Source: a virus
Taxonomy: Duplodnaviria > Caudoviricetes
Reading direction: 5' to 3' (one strand)
Virus record (IMG/VR): IMGVR_UViG_3300032295_001046
Span: 1 to 34,249 of that record
Length of the DNA stretch: 34,249 bases
A model generated the notes under the pieces. It searched no databases. It was not told the DNA's origin and saw only the letters and a program-made list of their open reading frames with translations. Shown in pieces: positions 8,718 through 16,596 of the stretch. Each line of letters starts with the position of its first letter. Positions within the stretch are counted from its first letter, which is position 1. The position numbers and the translations under genes were made by a program.

Positions 8718-9460
8718 TAGTCAATATTACAAAAGCATTCAAATGATGGGTCATTATCCCAAAGTCCAATTTGATTTTGGGATTTATCTCTAATTTGTTT
8801 ATAAGAAATTTCCTTTTTAAAAGTGCTTACTTTTTCTTTATCAATCCACCAATCAAAAAGCTCTGGTTTTTCTTTAGCTATTATAGAAAGTTTGCCTTTG
8901 CCTTTTAAAAAACAGCAGTCGCAATTCCCATATGGCTCATTTAACATCAAATTAAAATCTTGTTTTGACCAAAAGTCTAAAACATCCGCTTTAGTAGTTT
9001 GCCATTTTACCAAAGGCAATTCAATATCTAAATCAGAATCTTTAATTTTACCCCATCTTCGAGGCTCATCGTATCTAATGCCATTAAAACTTGTAAACTC
9101 TTTTATCCCTATTGATTTTAAATATCGTTTTACAGTTTCTATCTTCATTAATTGAGTGCAATACCTCATAATTTGATTGGGTAAAAAGTGTTTTTTATGT
9201 GCGATTGCTTCAGAAAATGGGCGGCCATCTCTTGAAGCTGTCTCATAAGTTACTACTTCAAAGTTATTACCAAATCTATACTCAAGCCAAACTAAATTTA
9301 AATTCCATCTTTTGTCGCATTCATTTATAAAGTCTAATGTCTGTGGCATCTCCTTGCCAGTATTCTGAAATGTTATAATATAATCCTGCAATCCCTCATC
9401 TATAAGACGCTTGGTCATATATGCAGAAGTTCTGCCTCCGCTAAAATTAATTACATTCAT
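8717..9460 (-). CDS. PAPS-reductase-like (PP-loop, Fe-S) protein
   Basis: FSGGRTS PP-loop, NTGKE, RYCT..MK, GIRYDE.RR, GNCDCCFLK, terminal CFC. Confidence 0.85.
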   Translation of the reverse strand: MNVINFSGGRTSAYMTKRLIDEGLQDYIITFQNTGKEMPQTLDFINECDKRWNLNLVWLEYRFGNNFEVVTYETASRDGRPFSEAIAHKKHFLPNQIMRYCTQLMKIETVKRYLKSIGIKEFTSFNGIRYDEPRRWGKIKDSDLDIELPLVKWQTTKADVLDFWSKQDFNLMLNEPYGNCDCCFLKGKGKLSIIAKEKPELFDWWIDKEKVSTFKKEISYKQIRDKSQNQIGLWDNDPSFECFCNID

Positions 9461-9917
9461 TCTGCTCTTTATTTAGTTCTATAACTCTTTGTTCAAATTT
9501 AGTATATAGGTCTTTATAAACTTTATCAAAGTCAATCCAGTCGTGATGCTGTCTGATGGAGTGAATGACTGTCGCATGGTGTGGTAAAGTGTATAAGCTT
9601 CTCGAGATGTCTACTAATGCCATTGTAGTATTGTCCCTCAGATAGTTGCAATAAGCAGTCCTGCCAGTTACAATAGGCCTATGCCTTGTCTTAGTATCAA
9701 CATCCACACCAAATACATCTAAAATAGCATTCTTAATGTTCTGAATATTAGCTGATACTTTAGGCCTTGCATCTTTGTGAGTGTTTAATCTGTAAGTCAT
9801 TCGCTTATAGTCGTTGGCTAATTTAGCATAACGCTCTTTAAGTGTTTTGTGGTGGAACTCTAATTGTCTTAATTTGAGTTTTAGTTCTGTGTAGCTTTGT
9901 TGTTCTTGTCTGTTCAT
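9447..9917 (-). CDS. Coiled-coil plus DnaA domain IV-like DNA-binding protein
   Basis: KTRHRPIVTGR...ALVDISRSL...HHATVIHSIR resembles the DnaA C-terminal RDHTTV.H signature. Confidence 0.7.
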   Translation of the reverse strand: MNRQEQQSYTELKLKLRQLEFHHKTLKERYAKLANDYKRMTYRLNTHKDARPKVSANIQNIKNAILDVFGVDVDTKTRHRPIVTGRTAYCNYLRDNTTMALVDISRSLYTLPHHATVIHSIRQHHDWIDFDKVYKDLYTKFEQRVIELNKEQNECN

Positions 9918-9919
9918 AT

Positions 9920-10537
9920 TTATAATAATTTAAGTTGTTTTTTGTGTTGTTCAAATCGTTTAACGCCAGCGTCGAAATAATCCTTATCTAACTCGCATAG
10001 GTCTAAATCAAATCCTAAGTCGTAACAAGCAATAGCAATAGACATAGAACCCCCATGAGTGTCTAATATTTTATCTCCTTGTTTGGCGTATTTAGTTAGG
10101 CAATATCTGTATAGTTGTATAGGTTTTTGAGTTGGATGTCTTTTTGGTCCATCATCATCATCCATTGCTGAGTATCTTTTGAATATTCTTACATTGTTTT
10201 TTATACTACACCAAGCCAACTCGCCCTCACTAAATGATAAATTGGGATTTAATTTATCCCATATTATCCAATTATTATTAAGTGGTAAGTCAAAATAGTT
10301 GCCCCCCCATATAATTTGGTTTTTGCTAATCCTGAACAATTCTTTAAAATACTCGTCATCTGGGATTTTAGAATCCCAATCTTTGCCTTTTATAAATTTA
10401 TGGTTACCACTACCCATAGTCATTTTACCTGCATTAATCCCATAAGGAGGGTCTACTATTGCAAGGTCATAAAATTTGTCAGGAATATTTTTCATAAATT
10501 CCATGTTGTCGCAGTTGTATAAATTAATTGTACTCAT
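9920..10537 (-). CDS. DNA N6-adenine/N4-cytosine methyltransferase (beta class)
   Basis: DPPY catalytic motif, HPTQKP, ILDTHGGSMS. Confidence 0.92.
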   Translation of the reverse strand: MSTINLYNCDNMEFMKNIPDKFYDLAIVDPPYGINAGKMTMGSGNHKFIKGKDWDSKIPDDEYFKELFRISKNQIIWGGNYFDLPLNNNWIIWDKLNPNLSFSEGELAWCSIKNNVRIFKRYSAMDDDDGPKRHPTQKPIQLYRYCLTKYAKQGDKILDTHGGSMSIAIACYDLGFDLDLCELDKDYFDAGVKRFEQHKKQLKLL

Positions 10538-10538
10538 T

Positions 10539-11792
10539 TTATATGTCTAAAAATTTTTGTTTGCTTTTATCGAATTTTAATTTGGTGAAACCTACTTCGC
10601 CATTTCTATGCTTTAGGTAAATGATTCTCATTATAGGCGTTGTGTCTATTGTCGATGGTGTTTGGTTGTCTTCTTCGTGGTTATGCAATGCTATTACGAT
10701 GTCAGCATCTTGTTCAATAGCTCCTGATTCCCTTAAATCGCTTAATCTTGGCTCACCGTTTCTCTTTTCTACATCTCTACTCAACTGAGCCAATGCAATA
10801 ACTGGAACATCCAATTCTTTTGCAATAGCTTTAAAAGTTCTGCTTATTGTACTTATTTCTTGCTCTCTATTTCCTTTACCATACACAGTTAATAGTTGTA
10901 AGTAATCCACAAATATAGCCTTAATGCCGTACTTTTTTTTAGCCTTCCTCGCTTTTTCTTTAAAATCTAAAAGGTTGAGCGATGGCGTATCATCAATATA
11001 AAGTGGTAAATTGAAGTTAGTTTTTAAGATTTGATTCCAGTTGCCTTCGTGCAGTTCTGCTTTAGCCAAATAGTTACCATAAACCCCAGTCATTGAGCTT
11101 ATGACTCTCATAGCCAACTGCTTTGAACTCATCTCGCATGAGAAAAAAGCAACTGGATGCTTTTGTACTGCCAAGTTTACCGCTAAATTTAAAGCAAAAG
11201 CCGTCTTTCCTGTCGCTGGCCTTGCTGCAATGATGACTAAATCAGGCGAGTGCCACCCATGCCCGATGCGATTCAATGCTGTAAACCCTGTGTCTAATCC
11301 GTTTATCGATTTTCCACTCGATTGCATGGCCTCTAATTCCTTAATCGTAGTAGATGCAAGTGTATTAAAGTCTATAAAATCCTTTGAATTTTTAATACTA
11401 AAGTCATCAAGCTTTGAGGCTAACTCTTGAACCATAGCAAAAGGGTCTGTGTTAGTTTCTGCACTTTTTAAAATTGTTTCTTGACAAGTTCTGATAAGTT
11501 CACGCTTTACAAATGCTTGCTTAATTATAGAACAGTAGTATTCTAAATGCGATTTACTCGATAGTTTAGTGGTCGATTCGCTTAGCTCTTTAATGTACTT
11601 ACCGTTTGTCGCTTGATTTACCGATATTAAATTGATTGGCTTGTTATCGTTTCCTAAAGCAATAATCGATTCAAGTATTTCCTGATGTTTAAAGCTTTCT
11701 AAATTGTTTGGCTGGATAGTCAATCGACTAATGGCCGTAGAATCGATGAGCAATATTCCTATTACCGAAGATTCGATGTCTGATAGTATCAT
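10539..11792 (-). CDS. dnaB: Replicative DNA helicase DnaB
   Basis: AARPATGKT, FVDYLQL, LAQLSR, LSDLRESGAIEQDAD, KHRNG. Confidence 0.96.
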   Translation of the reverse strand: MILSDIESSVIGILLIDSTAISRLTIQPNNLESFKHQEILESIIALGNDNKPINLISVNQATNGKYIKELSESTTKLSSKSHLEYYCSIIKQAFVKRELIRTCQETILKSAETNTDPFAMVQELASKLDDFSIKNSKDFIDFNTLASTTIKELEAMQSSGKSINGLDTGFTALNRIGHGWHSPDLVIIAARPATGKTAFALNLAVNLAVQKHPVAFFSCEMSSKQLAMRVISSMTGVYGNYLAKAELHEGNWNQILKTNFNLPLYIDDTPSLNLLDFKEKARKAKKKYGIKAIFVDYLQLLTVYGKGNREQEISTISRTFKAIAKELDVPVIALAQLSRDVEKRNGEPRLSDLRESGAIEQDADIVIALHNHEEDNQTPSTIDTTPIMRIIYLKHRNGEVGFTKLKFDKSKQKFLDI

Positions 11793-12439
11793 AATTCTCT
11801 GTAAGTGTTTGGTGTGTAGTTAGTATTAGTGTTCGGTGTGTTAGGTATTTCGTCGTTCCATCTTTCTTTATTAATGTAGGTTAGTGGGTTAGGATGTCTA
11901 TAAGTTTCGAATGGTTTATAAGCTACAAAGGTATTAATAGTTTCCTTAATTTTTAAACGATTAGATTCATTTATTTTAGCGAATTTTATTTCGCAGTCTT
12001 TTTTACTATTCTTTATTGGGTATATACTCCAGAACTCTTCAAAACTTAAACAAGTTTCTTTTATTATATTAGTATTATTAATATTAGTATTATTGGGTGT
12101 AGAATTTACACTACCCCCCTGTGTAATATTTACACTACCCCAGTGTAATTTTTGCACTACCTGTGTAATTACGGAATACTTATTGAAAATCACATTGTTA
12201 ACATTGACTTGAGTCTTTTTAATCAACTTATTGTCGACTAAATATTGGAGTGATTTAATAGCAGTTTTGCGAGTACACTTTAACCATTCACATAAATAGT
12301 TTAAACTTCCAGTATATTCAGATTGTTCGTCTTTAGAAAATCCATAGATTAATGCATAAGTAAGTAAATCATTACCACTTAAATTCAATTCATTAATCAT
12401 CCATCCTTGTATTACGACATAGTCTTTATTATTTGGCAT
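11789..12439 (-). CDS. Replication initiator (N-terminal wHTH, low-complexity linker, FEEFW..YP C-terminal domain)
   Basis: LLTYALIYGFS...SLNYLCEWLKCTRKTAIKSLQYL HTH; FEEFWSIYP; TYINKERWNDE; internal iterons; adjacent to dnaB. Confidence 0.85.
   Translation of the reverse strand: MPNNKDYVVIQGWMINELNLSGNDLLTYALIYGFSKDEQSEYTGSLNYLCEWLKCTRKTAIKSLQYLVDNKLIKKTQVNVNNVIFNKYSVITQVVQKLHWGSVNITQGGSVNSTPNNTNINNTNIIKETCLSFEEFWSIYPIKNSKKDCEIKFAKINESNRLKIKETINTFVAYKPFETYRHPNPLTYINKERWNDEIPNTPNTNTNYTPNTYREL
12061..12168. repeat. Probable replication origin: palindromic iterons GTGTAR-N3-TTRCAC x3.5 plus an AT-rich tract
   Basis: Copies at 12097-12111, 12121-12135, 12143-12157 and a half site at 12163-12168; almost pure AT at 12061-12094. 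Confidence 0.75.
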
Positions 12440-12440
12440 A

Positions 12441-13118
12441 TTAAAATAGTTTTGATTGTGTTATAGGTGTATAAGAAGCGTCATATCTTTTGTTTTCTCC
12501 TTTTGGATATGGTTTAATTTCATATTTTAATTTTTTTTTAAAATGTTTTATTTGTGTTTTAGACCCTAAAAAATATACATATCTATGCTTAGGGATTCTT
12601 TCAACTTGATATAATAAATCACCATATTTTTCTTTCAATAATTGAATCCTATTTTTAGTAAATGCAAACTCATCCATTAAAGTTCTAGAATGTTTATTTT
12701 CTTGTCCTTTTATTTTCCAATCTTTTTGAGTATGGCTTAATCCTAAATATAAAAAATTTGTTGCTTGATAAATATATCCATTATGACCTTGTTCTTTATC
12801 TGCATAGCTAACAATAATTAGTGGCTTAGGCAACATAGATAAGCATTTACTAACAAAAAAAGATGTTAAATTTTTTAAATGATTATCTTCTATAATTAAT
12901 CTATTTAATTCATAAACTAAATGTTCATACTCAACCCCACATATACTTCTTTTCATAGTTAATGGAACTGCATTCCCAAATGAACATACACCAACTAACT
13001 TATTATTATCATATAAGCCAAAACAAAAAGTAATAGATGGCAATCTTTTAAGATAATGTTTTTTCAAAAACCATTCTTTACAATCTTGAAAATCTATTGG
13101 AATAACTTTGTGATTCAT
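12441..13118 (-). CDS. Mom-like (GNAT-fold) DNA adenine modification protein
   Basis: HYL, GVCSFG, YELNRL, IVSYAD..GHNGYIYQATNF.Y.G and KHRYVYF are motifs typical of the Mu Mom family. Confidence 0.75.
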   Translation of the reverse strand: MNHKVIPIDFQDCKEWFLKKHYLKRLPSITFCFGLYDNNKLVGVCSFGNAVPLTMKRSICGVEYEHLVYELNRLIIEDNHLKNLTSFFVSKCLSMLPKPLIIVSYADKEQGHNGYIYQATNFLYLGLSHTQKDWKIKGQENKHSRTLMDEFAFTKNRIQLLKEKYGDLLYQVERIPKHRYVYFLGSKTQIKHFKKKLKYEIKPYPKGENKRYDASYTPITQSKLF

Positions 13119-13127
13119 AAAATAAAA

Positions 13128-13236
13128 AGAGCATTAGTTTTTTTAGACTTTCGCGTGGGTGCAGTAATACCCAGTCTAATACTCGCCAATGCTCTATTTA
13201 AAATATTTTTCATAACTGCTTGAGACGCGAATCCCT
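13128..13236 (-). ncRNA. Structured leader RNA with c4-antisense-like architecture
   Basis: Nested stems (13128-37/13186-95; 13143-49/13173-79; 13157-60/13169-72); two loop words complementary to upstream words at 13215-19 and 13225-31. Confidence 0.55.
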
Positions 13237-13240
13237 ATTA

Positions 13241-13248
13241 CAAATATA
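13241..13248 (-). promoter_or_regulatory. Bacteroidota -7 element TATATTTG ahead of the structured leader and mom/rep operon
   Basis: TAnnTTTG in an intergenic region. Confidence 0.55.
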
Positions 13249-13268
13249 TTAATTTAGTTGTTTAATAC

Positions 13269-13580
13269 TTATTTTGTTGATAACTTATAAGTGTATTCCA
13301 ATCTATCATATTTGCTTGACTTTCTACCTGACTGTTCAATCAATCCTTTATTCATTAAAGTGTTGACTGCTCTACGATAACTCGTAATTGGAGTGTCTTT
13401 GCCTAAGACATTTTCTGACATTAAATCAGATGAACTAAATTCAATTCCTTTGTTAATAAGAAAGTAGTTGTAGATTTTCTGATTCTGAACTGAGGTGTCT
13501 TCCTTGTGTTCTTTTACTTTCTCTGGCGATTCATTGGCCGTATTAAAGTAATTAGCGAGAGTGTTGAATAAGTCTATCAT
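13269..13580 (-). CDS. Winged-HTH DNA-binding protein
   Basis: QNQKIYNYF...TPITSYRRAVNTLMNKGLIEQSG. Confidence 0.7.
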   Translation of the reverse strand: MIDLFNTLANYFNTANESPEKVKEHKEDTSVQNQKIYNYFLINKGIEFSSSDLMSENVLGKDTPITSYRRAVNTLMNKGLIEQSGRKSSKYDRLEYTYKLSTK

Positions 13581-13689
13581 TGTAAATTTGTTTAAGGTTT
13601 TTAGTGATTTGTTGTTTCCATTTTTTAAAGTCCTTACTCAAAAGGATGTTTGTTCTAATGATGTTTAGTTGTTCGGTGTTTGTATTCAT
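13552..13689 (-). CDS. Small hypothetical protein (45 aa, MNTNTEQLNII...)
   Basis: ATGA-coupled to the upstream gene and fills a gap; below the ORF-track cutoff. Confidence 0.45.
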   Translation of the reverse strand: MNTNTEQLNIIRTNILLSKDFKKWKQQITKNLKQIYNDRLIQHSR

Positions 13690-13904
13690 ATATTTTGTAT
13701 TTCTTGTTTTACTTGTTCCCAGTATTTAATTCTATTATCCCATCCTAAACCAATATTATGATAGATATTTTCATTAAGTATCTCATCAACTAATACCAAT
13801 GCACATTGTTTTGATTCTGAAATACTAATTGAATTTTCTAAATCAACATGGAATAAGTCATGATATTTATAAACTAATTGTTTGGCTTTTTCTTTAGTGG
13901 TCAT
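13686..13904 (-). CDS. Hypothetical protein, 'KEKA...KQCAL..VDEI...YW..VKQEI' family
   Basis: Paralogue of 13901-14140 and 17065-17406. Confidence 0.75.
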   Translation of the reverse strand: MTTKEKAKQLVYKYHDLFHVDLENSISISESKQCALVLVDEILNENIYHNIGLGWDNRIKYWEQVKQEIQNI

Positions 13905-14140
13905 ATTTGTTCAATTTGTTTTCTTACTTCTGCCCAAAAATCAATCATATAATTTGGTAATTGATTATTATTTAATAAATAGCACAAATTAATGTGGTTA
14001 AATATTTCATCCACACATATTAATGCACATTTTTTAGCGTTATCAATTTGTTGTGATTCTGTAAAAGATTCAGCGTAATAGATATATTTATTAAATAGTT
14101 CTAACGCTTTGTGTTTTGTTAATTCTTTAGTTGGTGTCAT
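13901..14140 (-). CDS. Hypothetical protein, same family
   Basis: AKKCALICVDEI...FWAEVRKQIEQI. Confidence 0.75.
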   Translation of the reverse strand: MTPTKELTKHKALELFNKYIYYAESFTESQQIDNAKKCALICVDEIFNHINLCYLLNNNQLPNYMIDFWAEVRKQIEQI

Positions 14141-14487
14141 ATTAATTTTGATTTAAAGTGTTCTATCATGCTCTCCATTTTATTGATATAGAATGCCTCG
14201 AAGTTATTAAAGCCTTCAGAATCCTGCTCGAATGAGCGGTAAATAACCGCTCTCAATCGTTGTGATGGACTCTTACCTATTGACTCGTCAAGCTTTAATC
14301 CGTCTACTAACTCAAGTTCTTTTTTGGTAAAGTTCTCAGGCTTAATAGCTGTATAAGAAAGCTTGTTATGTAATGACATAATCTCTCCTACTTTATTTGG
14401 GCTTAACTCGTTTGTCGCTAAACTTATTGACAAGGTATTATCCTTTCGAGTGCTGATTCGTTCTATTATAGTTGGTAGTATAATCAT
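14137..14487 (-). CDS. Hypothetical protein
   Basis: 116 aa, TRKD..KSPSQRLRAVIY..FY; coupled to neighbours. Confidence 0.75.
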   Translation of the reverse strand: MIILPTIIERISTRKDNTLSISLATNELSPNKVGEIMSLHNKLSYTAIKPENFTKKELELVDGLKLDESIGKSPSQRLRAVIYRSFEQDSEGFNNFEAFYINKMESMIEHFKSKLI

Positions 14488-14978
14488 TAAAATGGTAGTG
14501 GGTTTTCGTAAATCTCGTTACTGTTATTTTCTTGTAGCTTAAAGTATTGAGTATACTTAACCACTGGAGGCATTATTTCAAATCCGCCGTTCTCAGAATC
14601 AAATACTTTTTGCTGTAAGCTTTGCAAAAACTTTTCTCTCATCTTTACCTTGTCAGATAGCTTTTTAGATTCAGCTTTTAAGTCGCTTAAGTAAACATCT
14701 CCGCAGTCGGTAAAGTCATAGGACTTCCTTTCTGCTCTGCTTATCTTATACCCTAAGACAGTTGGCATGTCATCTCTACCATACTTGTCTAACTCAGTAT
14801 TAATAGCATTCATAACTTGAGGGTCATTCTTGATAGTCTCGATTAATTCCTCTAAGTGTTTTAAAGTTGCCAGTGCCTCAAGCGGATGGACTAATCCATC
14901 CACTATCTCGTTTATCGTGTCAAGGGCAACTATATCCTTTTGGACTTTTGTTTTTGGGGTGTTTTGTAAAAAGCTCAT
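14487..14978 (-). CDS. Hypothetical protein (recombination module; acidic LPF C-terminal tail)
   Basis: 163 aa, coiled coil, ends IYENPLPF. Confidence 0.75.
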   Translation of the reverse strand: MSFLQNTPKTKVQKDIVALDTINEIVDGLVHPLEALATLKHLEELIETIKNDPQVMNAINTELDKYGRDDMPTVLGYKISRAERKSYDFTDCGDVYLSDLKAESKKLSDKVKMREKFLQSLQQKVFDSENGGFEIMPPVVKYTQYFKLQENNSNEIYENPLPF

Positions 14979-14982
14979 AATG

Positions 14983-15426
14983 TTAAAATGGTAGTCCGTC
15001 GTTTTTAGTTTTTACTGTTTCTGTTCCGTTTGCTTTGTTAATTACCCAATCAAACATCCTTGAAGCCATTGCCTCAACATCGTTGTAACTCCCAGTTGTT
15101 CTTTGAGCGTAGTAGTTAGTAGCGTTTGTCATTGAGTTTTGTGCAATTATCATTCGTTGTGTTAAATCCTCTCTTTGCTTTTTTGCTTCAAGTTCCTCAG
15201 GGGTTTTCTTTGCAAATGGAGACTTGTTCTCACTTGCATCCCACATAAATGTTTTGCCGTTCTTTTCAACTACATTCCCGAATAATTCAGTAGCGTTTGA
15301 AGTAATTAGTTGGCTTAGTTTAGGATTAGCATCTAATTTGATTGAGATTTCCTTCCCTTCGATGGTTACAATGTTAGCCCATCCGTTCGCTTGTTTAGCG
15401 TCTTTGATTTTAATTGTTTGATTCAT
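14983..15426 (-). CDS. Putative single-stranded DNA-binding protein
   Basis: Beta-rich N-terminus; C-terminal NDGLPF resembles an SSB tail. Confidence 0.55.
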   Translation of the reverse strand: MNQTIKIKDAKQANGWANIVTIEGKEISIKLDANPKLSQLITSNATELFGNVVEKNGKTFMWDASENKSPFAKKTPEELEAKKQREDLTQRMIIAQNSMTNATNYYAQRTTGSYNDVEAMASRMFDWVINKANGTETVKTKNDGLPF

Positions 15427-15604
15427 GATTTAATTGTTTTTTTAATATAAGTGTTTGTAATGTTATGTTATTTATAAGAGCGTCTAAAACTCTATCTTGA
15501 GAATACTCAGACAGTATCGAAGTAGGTAACGCCTTTAAGATTGCTTCTTGTTCTTTCATTGATGACATTAAGCGTTTTAATTCGTCGTTTGTAAAGTTAC
15601 TCAT
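15410..15604 (-). CDS. Hypothetical protein (likely start MSNFTND at 15604)
   Basis: ATGA coupling to the small upstream ORF supports the shorter start. Confidence 0.6.
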   Translation of the reverse strand: MSNFTNDELKRLMSSMKEQEAILKALPTSILSEYSQDRVLDALINNITLQTLILKKQLNHESNN

Positions 15605-15702
15605 AATGAATTTAAAATGCAAATTAAAGAGCCGAAAATGAATGCTAAAATACAAAGGGCATTGAAGCAGTTGTGTGCGATATTTAGAAGTGTTTTTGTC
15701 AT
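15601..15702 (-). CDS. 33-aa hydrophobic peptide MTKTLLNIAHNCFNALCILAFIFGSLICILNSL
   Basis: AT-rich start region (aaccttaaataaacATG), single TM-like stretch. Confidence 0.55.
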   Translation of the reverse strand: MTKTLLNIAHNCFNALCILAFIFGSLICILNSL

Positions 15703-15731
15703 GTTTATTTAAGGTTTATTTGTTAAGTTAT

Positions 15732-15757
15732 GGGAGGGTCGCCCCTCCCTTTTTTTT
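15732..15757 (+). terminator. GC-rich hairpin GGGAGGG-tcgc-CCCTCCC plus T8 (terminator geometry on the non-coding strand)
   Basis: 7-bp stem followed by 8 T on the + strand. Confidence 0.55.
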
Positions 15758-16040
15758 ATTTATTACATTTTTTACAATTACAAGATGATGCGTCTAAATT
15801 TATAAATGATATACTTTTATAGCTTTCTGACCCACAAATTGAATAATAAGAAATAATTACATTTTCTCCATTCAATGGAAGATAATCTGCTAATAATTTG
15901 TGAGTCTTATCACCTCTACCAATATTGCCATATACGATTACTTCACCCCCGCCATTGTTTCTAATGTAATTGTACACTGATTCACCTTGTTTTTTTTCAG
16001 GTAAAATGTCAGTCTTTCTTCTTAATCTTAAATTTTCCAT
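15756..16040 (-). CDS. First early gene, hypothetical protein
   Basis: 94 aa, directly after the early promoter. Confidence 0.65.
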   Translation of the reverse strand: MENLRLRRKTDILPEKKQGESVYNYIRNNGGGEVIVYGNIGRGDKTHKLLADYLPLNGENVIISYYSICGSESYKSISFINLDASSCNCKKCNK

Positions 16041-16063
16041 AATGTTTGTGTTTAAATATGGTA

Positions 16064-16110
16064 CAAAGATACACCTACATTTGACATTTGCAAGTTTTAA
16101 AGTGTAAAAT
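16064..16110 (-). promoter_or_regulatory. Early promoter (CTTG-N19-TATCTTTG) with adjacent 15-bp putative operator
   Basis: -7 at 16064-71, -33-like at 16091-94; tttaaagtgtaaaat at 16096-16110 also occurs at 17753-17767. Confidence 0.6.
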
Positions 16111-16239
16111 ATTTAGAAAATAGTTGTAACTGACTGAAAATCAATCAGAAAATTTTTAAAAAAAATTAAAATTCGTCTCCGCTATTCGCCCAAATCATGC
16201 AAATACAGAACAAAAAAACATAAAGTAATACCCCTAAAA

Positions 16240-16593
16240 TTATAACCATTCTCTTTCAGGGATTTGATGTTTAGTTTGCTTAGTTATATCCTTAAACTTT
16301 CCCTCATTCGCTATCATGTGAAGCAATACAGCGTAGTTTGCCAAGTCTAAAATAGAATCATTTACAGATTCGTTTTTTGGGTTGTTAGATTTGAATAAGT
16401 TTCCTAAACGAGAAACTTTCACCGCTATAAGATTCAAGCAGATTTGCTTGGCGTTCATCCCAGTGATTGCTCCGCTGTCTTTAAAGTTGCTTAACCTATC
16501 GTCGTTGGCGTAGTCATCGCCCTTTTTAAACAAGGTATGCTCCATTAGTTTGACAAGTTCTTTAAAGTGGTTTTGTTGGTCTGTTAAATTCAT
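16240..16593 (-). CDS. Nucleotide-modification-associated domain 1 (Nmad1/DUF1599-like) protein
   Basis: KKGDDYA..LSNF, KVSRL, ESVNDSILDLANYAVL. Confidence 0.7.
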   Translation of the reverse strand: MNLTDQQNHFKELVKLMEHTLFKKGDDYANDDRLSNFKDSGAITGMNAKQICLNLIAVKVSRLGNLFKSNNPKNESVNDSILDLANYAVLLHMIANEGKFKDITKQTKHQIPEREWL

Positions 16594-16596
16594 AAA

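Noticed and set aside
12097-12168. Mini CRISPR array
   Set aside because: Repeats are 15 bp with 5-9 bp spacing inside a rep gene, which fits iterons, not CRISPR.
16111-16175. IHF-like or dif-like site near the early promoter
   Set aside because: Only a loose resemblance in very AT-rich DNA; no XerC/XerD arm match recognised.
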